This document shows, in pieces, positions 63,578 through 64,000 of a stretch of 64,000 bases of DNA (positions are counted from its first letter, which is position 1; each line of letters opens with the position of its first letter). Under the pieces are notes generated by a model that was given only the letters and a program-made list of their open reading frames with translations, did not search any database and was not told the DNA's origin. This DNA is from Candidatus Bathyarchaeota archaeon. GTDB lineage: Archaea; Thermoproteota; Bathyarchaeia; 40CM-2-53-6; RBG-13-38-9. A program made the position numbers and the translations under genes. The stretch spans positions 668,007 to 732,006 of the forward strand of contig CAWECG010000004.1 of NCBI GenBank assembly GCA_963807605.1, given 5' to 3'.

Positions 63578-64000
63578 TCACAGTGTTCTTGCCACATCTC
63601 CGATCCGCCTGGTTGACAACGCCGACGATGCTGTCGGCCTCGCTTTCGGTCAGGCACAGCGGCGGCGAGAACGACAGCGCGTCGTTGGGCAGCGGCCGGA
63701 AGACACGCCAAGCTCCGCGCGCCGCGCGATCCGGTCGGCCACGGCAAGCGACGGGCGAACAGCGCGCGGGTGCCGCGATCGCGCACCAGCTGCACCCGGC
63801 CGAGCAGCCCGACGCCATCGACGAAGCCCACGATCTCGTGCCTGGTGAGGCCCCTGAGACCGTCGATCAGGCGACGGCCGACGCGCTTCGCATTGCCCGG
63901 CAGATCGTCGCGTTCGATGATGTCGAGATTGGCGAGTGCCGCCGCGCAGGCGGCGGCGTGGCCGCTATAGGTGTTGCCGTGCCGGAAGGCGCCGCGTGCT
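63578..64000 (-). CDS. Class III aminotransferase, C-terminal part (runs off window, frameshifted)
   Basis: HGNTYSGHAAACAAALANLDII, GVGLL, SPPL. Confidence 0.85.

Noticed and set aside
57235-63970. Many long overlapping ORFs in the high-GC part
   Set aside because: Shadow frames of GC-rich genes, Arg/Pro/Ala-rich, with no motifs
1-64000. CRISPR array, tRNA or rRNA genes
   Set aside because: No regularly spaced 25-45 bp repeats, no cas genes beside the TnpB/Cas12f-like ORFs, and no recognisable RNA gene
57000-64000. GCGCGC occurrences in the bacterial part
   Set aside because: Expected at this GC content and located inside genes; not counted as the archaeal motif

Overview
The window has two unrelated halves. 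Bases 1 to ~56,960 are a moderately AT-rich (about 43% GC by eye) archaeal-type region, probably TACK/Bathyarchaeia-like (inferred from GGAGGTG-type RBS, frequent TTG/GTG starts and gene content). It is a large surface-glycan island with GT2/GT4/GT14/GT-C glycosyltransferases, a flippase, wecB, NDP-sugar epimerases, methyl- and acetyltransferases, three toxin-antitoxin loci and two tnpB elements. From ~56,960 to 64,000 the GC jumps to about two-thirds and the genes are bacterial: a methylaspartate ammonia-lyase homologue, IclR, a three-subunit Mo-hydroxylase and a class III aminotransferase. This is most likely an assembly or concatenation junction. Main observation: the variable parts of the archaeal island are a mosaic of whole genes and 50-700 bp gene fragments. 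Their breakpoints repeatedly fall on a short alternating purine-pyrimidine palindrome, GCGCGCGC or transition variants such as GCACGTGC and ACGCGCGT. This suggests an integron-like cassette/fragment shuffling process with a minimal (GC)n site; no recombinase for it is visible in the window. Second observation: a relE gene is split by two different tnpB elements. One is a textbook IS608-type element; the other is unusually bounded by 18-bp TIRs and a 6-bp TSD. Both TnpBs have a Fanzor-like rearranged RuvC-II. All calls come from reading the sequence; no database searches were run.
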